From: an uncultured virus (IMG/VR IMGVR_UViG_3300046468_001198)
Lineage: Duplodnaviria; Heunggongvirae; Uroviricota; Caudoviricetes
Reading direction: 5' to 3' (one strand)
Length of the DNA: 64,000 nucleotides
Virus record (IMG/VR): IMGVR_UViG_3300046468_001198
The notes under the pieces were generated by a model. That model was given only the letters and a program-made list of their open reading frames with translations. It did not search any database and had not been told where the DNA came from. The position numbers and the translations under genes were made by a program. Below, piece by piece: positions 63,398 through 64,000 of this stretch; positions within the stretch are counted from its first letter, which is position 1, and every line of letters begins with the position of its first letter.

Positions 63398-64000
63398 ATG
63401 ATAACCAAAAAACCTTTTCAAGATAAAATTAACGATCTAAAACAGGAAGGCAAGTACCGTGTGTTCAATGATATTCTCAGAGAGCGCGGAAAGTTTCCTA
63501 AAGCGATTTGGTACGGTAAGTATGCAATCAAAGAGATTGTAAATTGGTGTAGCAATGATTACCTTGGAATGGGGGAAAACAAAGTTGTCATAGATGCAAT
63601 GCACACTGCACTAGATCAAACTGGTGCAGGCAGTGGTGGTACTCGTAATATTGGTGGTACTTCACACTATCACGTTGCATTAGAACACGAGCTGGCTAAG
63701 TTACATAACAAGGAGTCAGCTTTACTTTATACGTCTGCATATGTAGCAAATGAGTGGACGTTAGTTTCTCTTAAACAAATCGTTTCCGACATTGTGTTTT
63801 TAAGTGATAGCATGAATCACGCAAGCCTTATACAAGGTATACGTCACAGTGGTGCCGACAAATTAGTTTGGAAGCACAACGATATAGAGGATCTTGAAGA
63901 TAAGTTAAAACAGTGTTCAGGTACTCCATGCATAGTATTTGAATCCGTGTATAGCATGGATGGGGATGTAGGACTTATCAAAGACATTTGCGATTTAGCT
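63398..64000 (+). CDS. hemA: 5-aminolevulinate synthase (partial; runs off the window)
   Basis: Absent from track; manual: GKYRVFNDI...VNWCSNDYLGMG...GAGSGGTRNIGGT...SAYVANE...NHASLIQGI...FESVYSMDGD. Confidence 0.93.
   Translation, partial: MITKKPFQDKINDLKQEGKYRVFNDILRERGKFPKAIWYGKYAIKEIVNWCSNDYLGMGENKVVIDAMHTALDQTGAGSGGTRNIGGTSHYHVALEHELAKLHNKESALLYTSAYVANEWTLVSLKQIVSDIVFLSDSMNHASLIQGIRHSGADKLVWKHNDIEDLEDKLKQCSGTPCIVFESVYSMDGDVGLIKDICDLA

Noticed and set aside
1..64000. Stop-codon reassignment, CRISPR array, transposase/integrase, rRNA
   Set aside because: Conserved genes read intact in code 11 and end in TAA, TAG and TGA; no suppressor tRNA, repeat-spacer array or mobile-element motif seen by eye

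Overview
AT-rich, densely coding segment of a large tailed-phage (jumbo/T4-like myovirus-type) genome; almost all genes are on the minus strand. Host is inferred to be a marine alphaproteobacterium, probably Rhodobacteraceae/Roseobacter, from the two-piece permuted tmRNA, Shemin-pathway ALA synthase, pseudoazurin, aa3 oxidase subunit IV, DUF1127 and a porin. Contents: ATP-dependent DNA ligase (partial), 7 tRNAs, tmRNA, TilS, IF-1, bS21, ClpP/ClpS/GroEL/Hsp20, a CsgF-CsgG-curlin-FecR-CHASE2 cyclase cassette, heme oxygenase + PcyX-like bilin reductase, GuaC, Prs, NrdAB/glutaredoxin, probable virion and internal-head genes, and a respiratory/heme auxiliary cluster at the right end. Best candidate for an undescribed system: a complete trp-style ribosome-mediated attenuator (promoter, SD, 22-codon leader containing Gln/Trp/Cys codons, antiterminator, terminator) directly in front of a tRNA-Trp/Gln/Cys operon, i.e. 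a possible tRNA-depletion sensor that switches on replacement tRNAs. Other candidates: tRNA-Ser with an ACU anticodon, an A10 -1 frameshift/slippage fusion, many apparently leaderless TAAATA-driven genes, a ROSE-like thermometer, two structured 5' leaders, and an RNA-ligase-fold + nucleotidyltransferase gene pair. All product calls come from motif recognition by eye; no searches were run. Several start codons were moved from the supplied ORF track using SD, promoter or overlap context.
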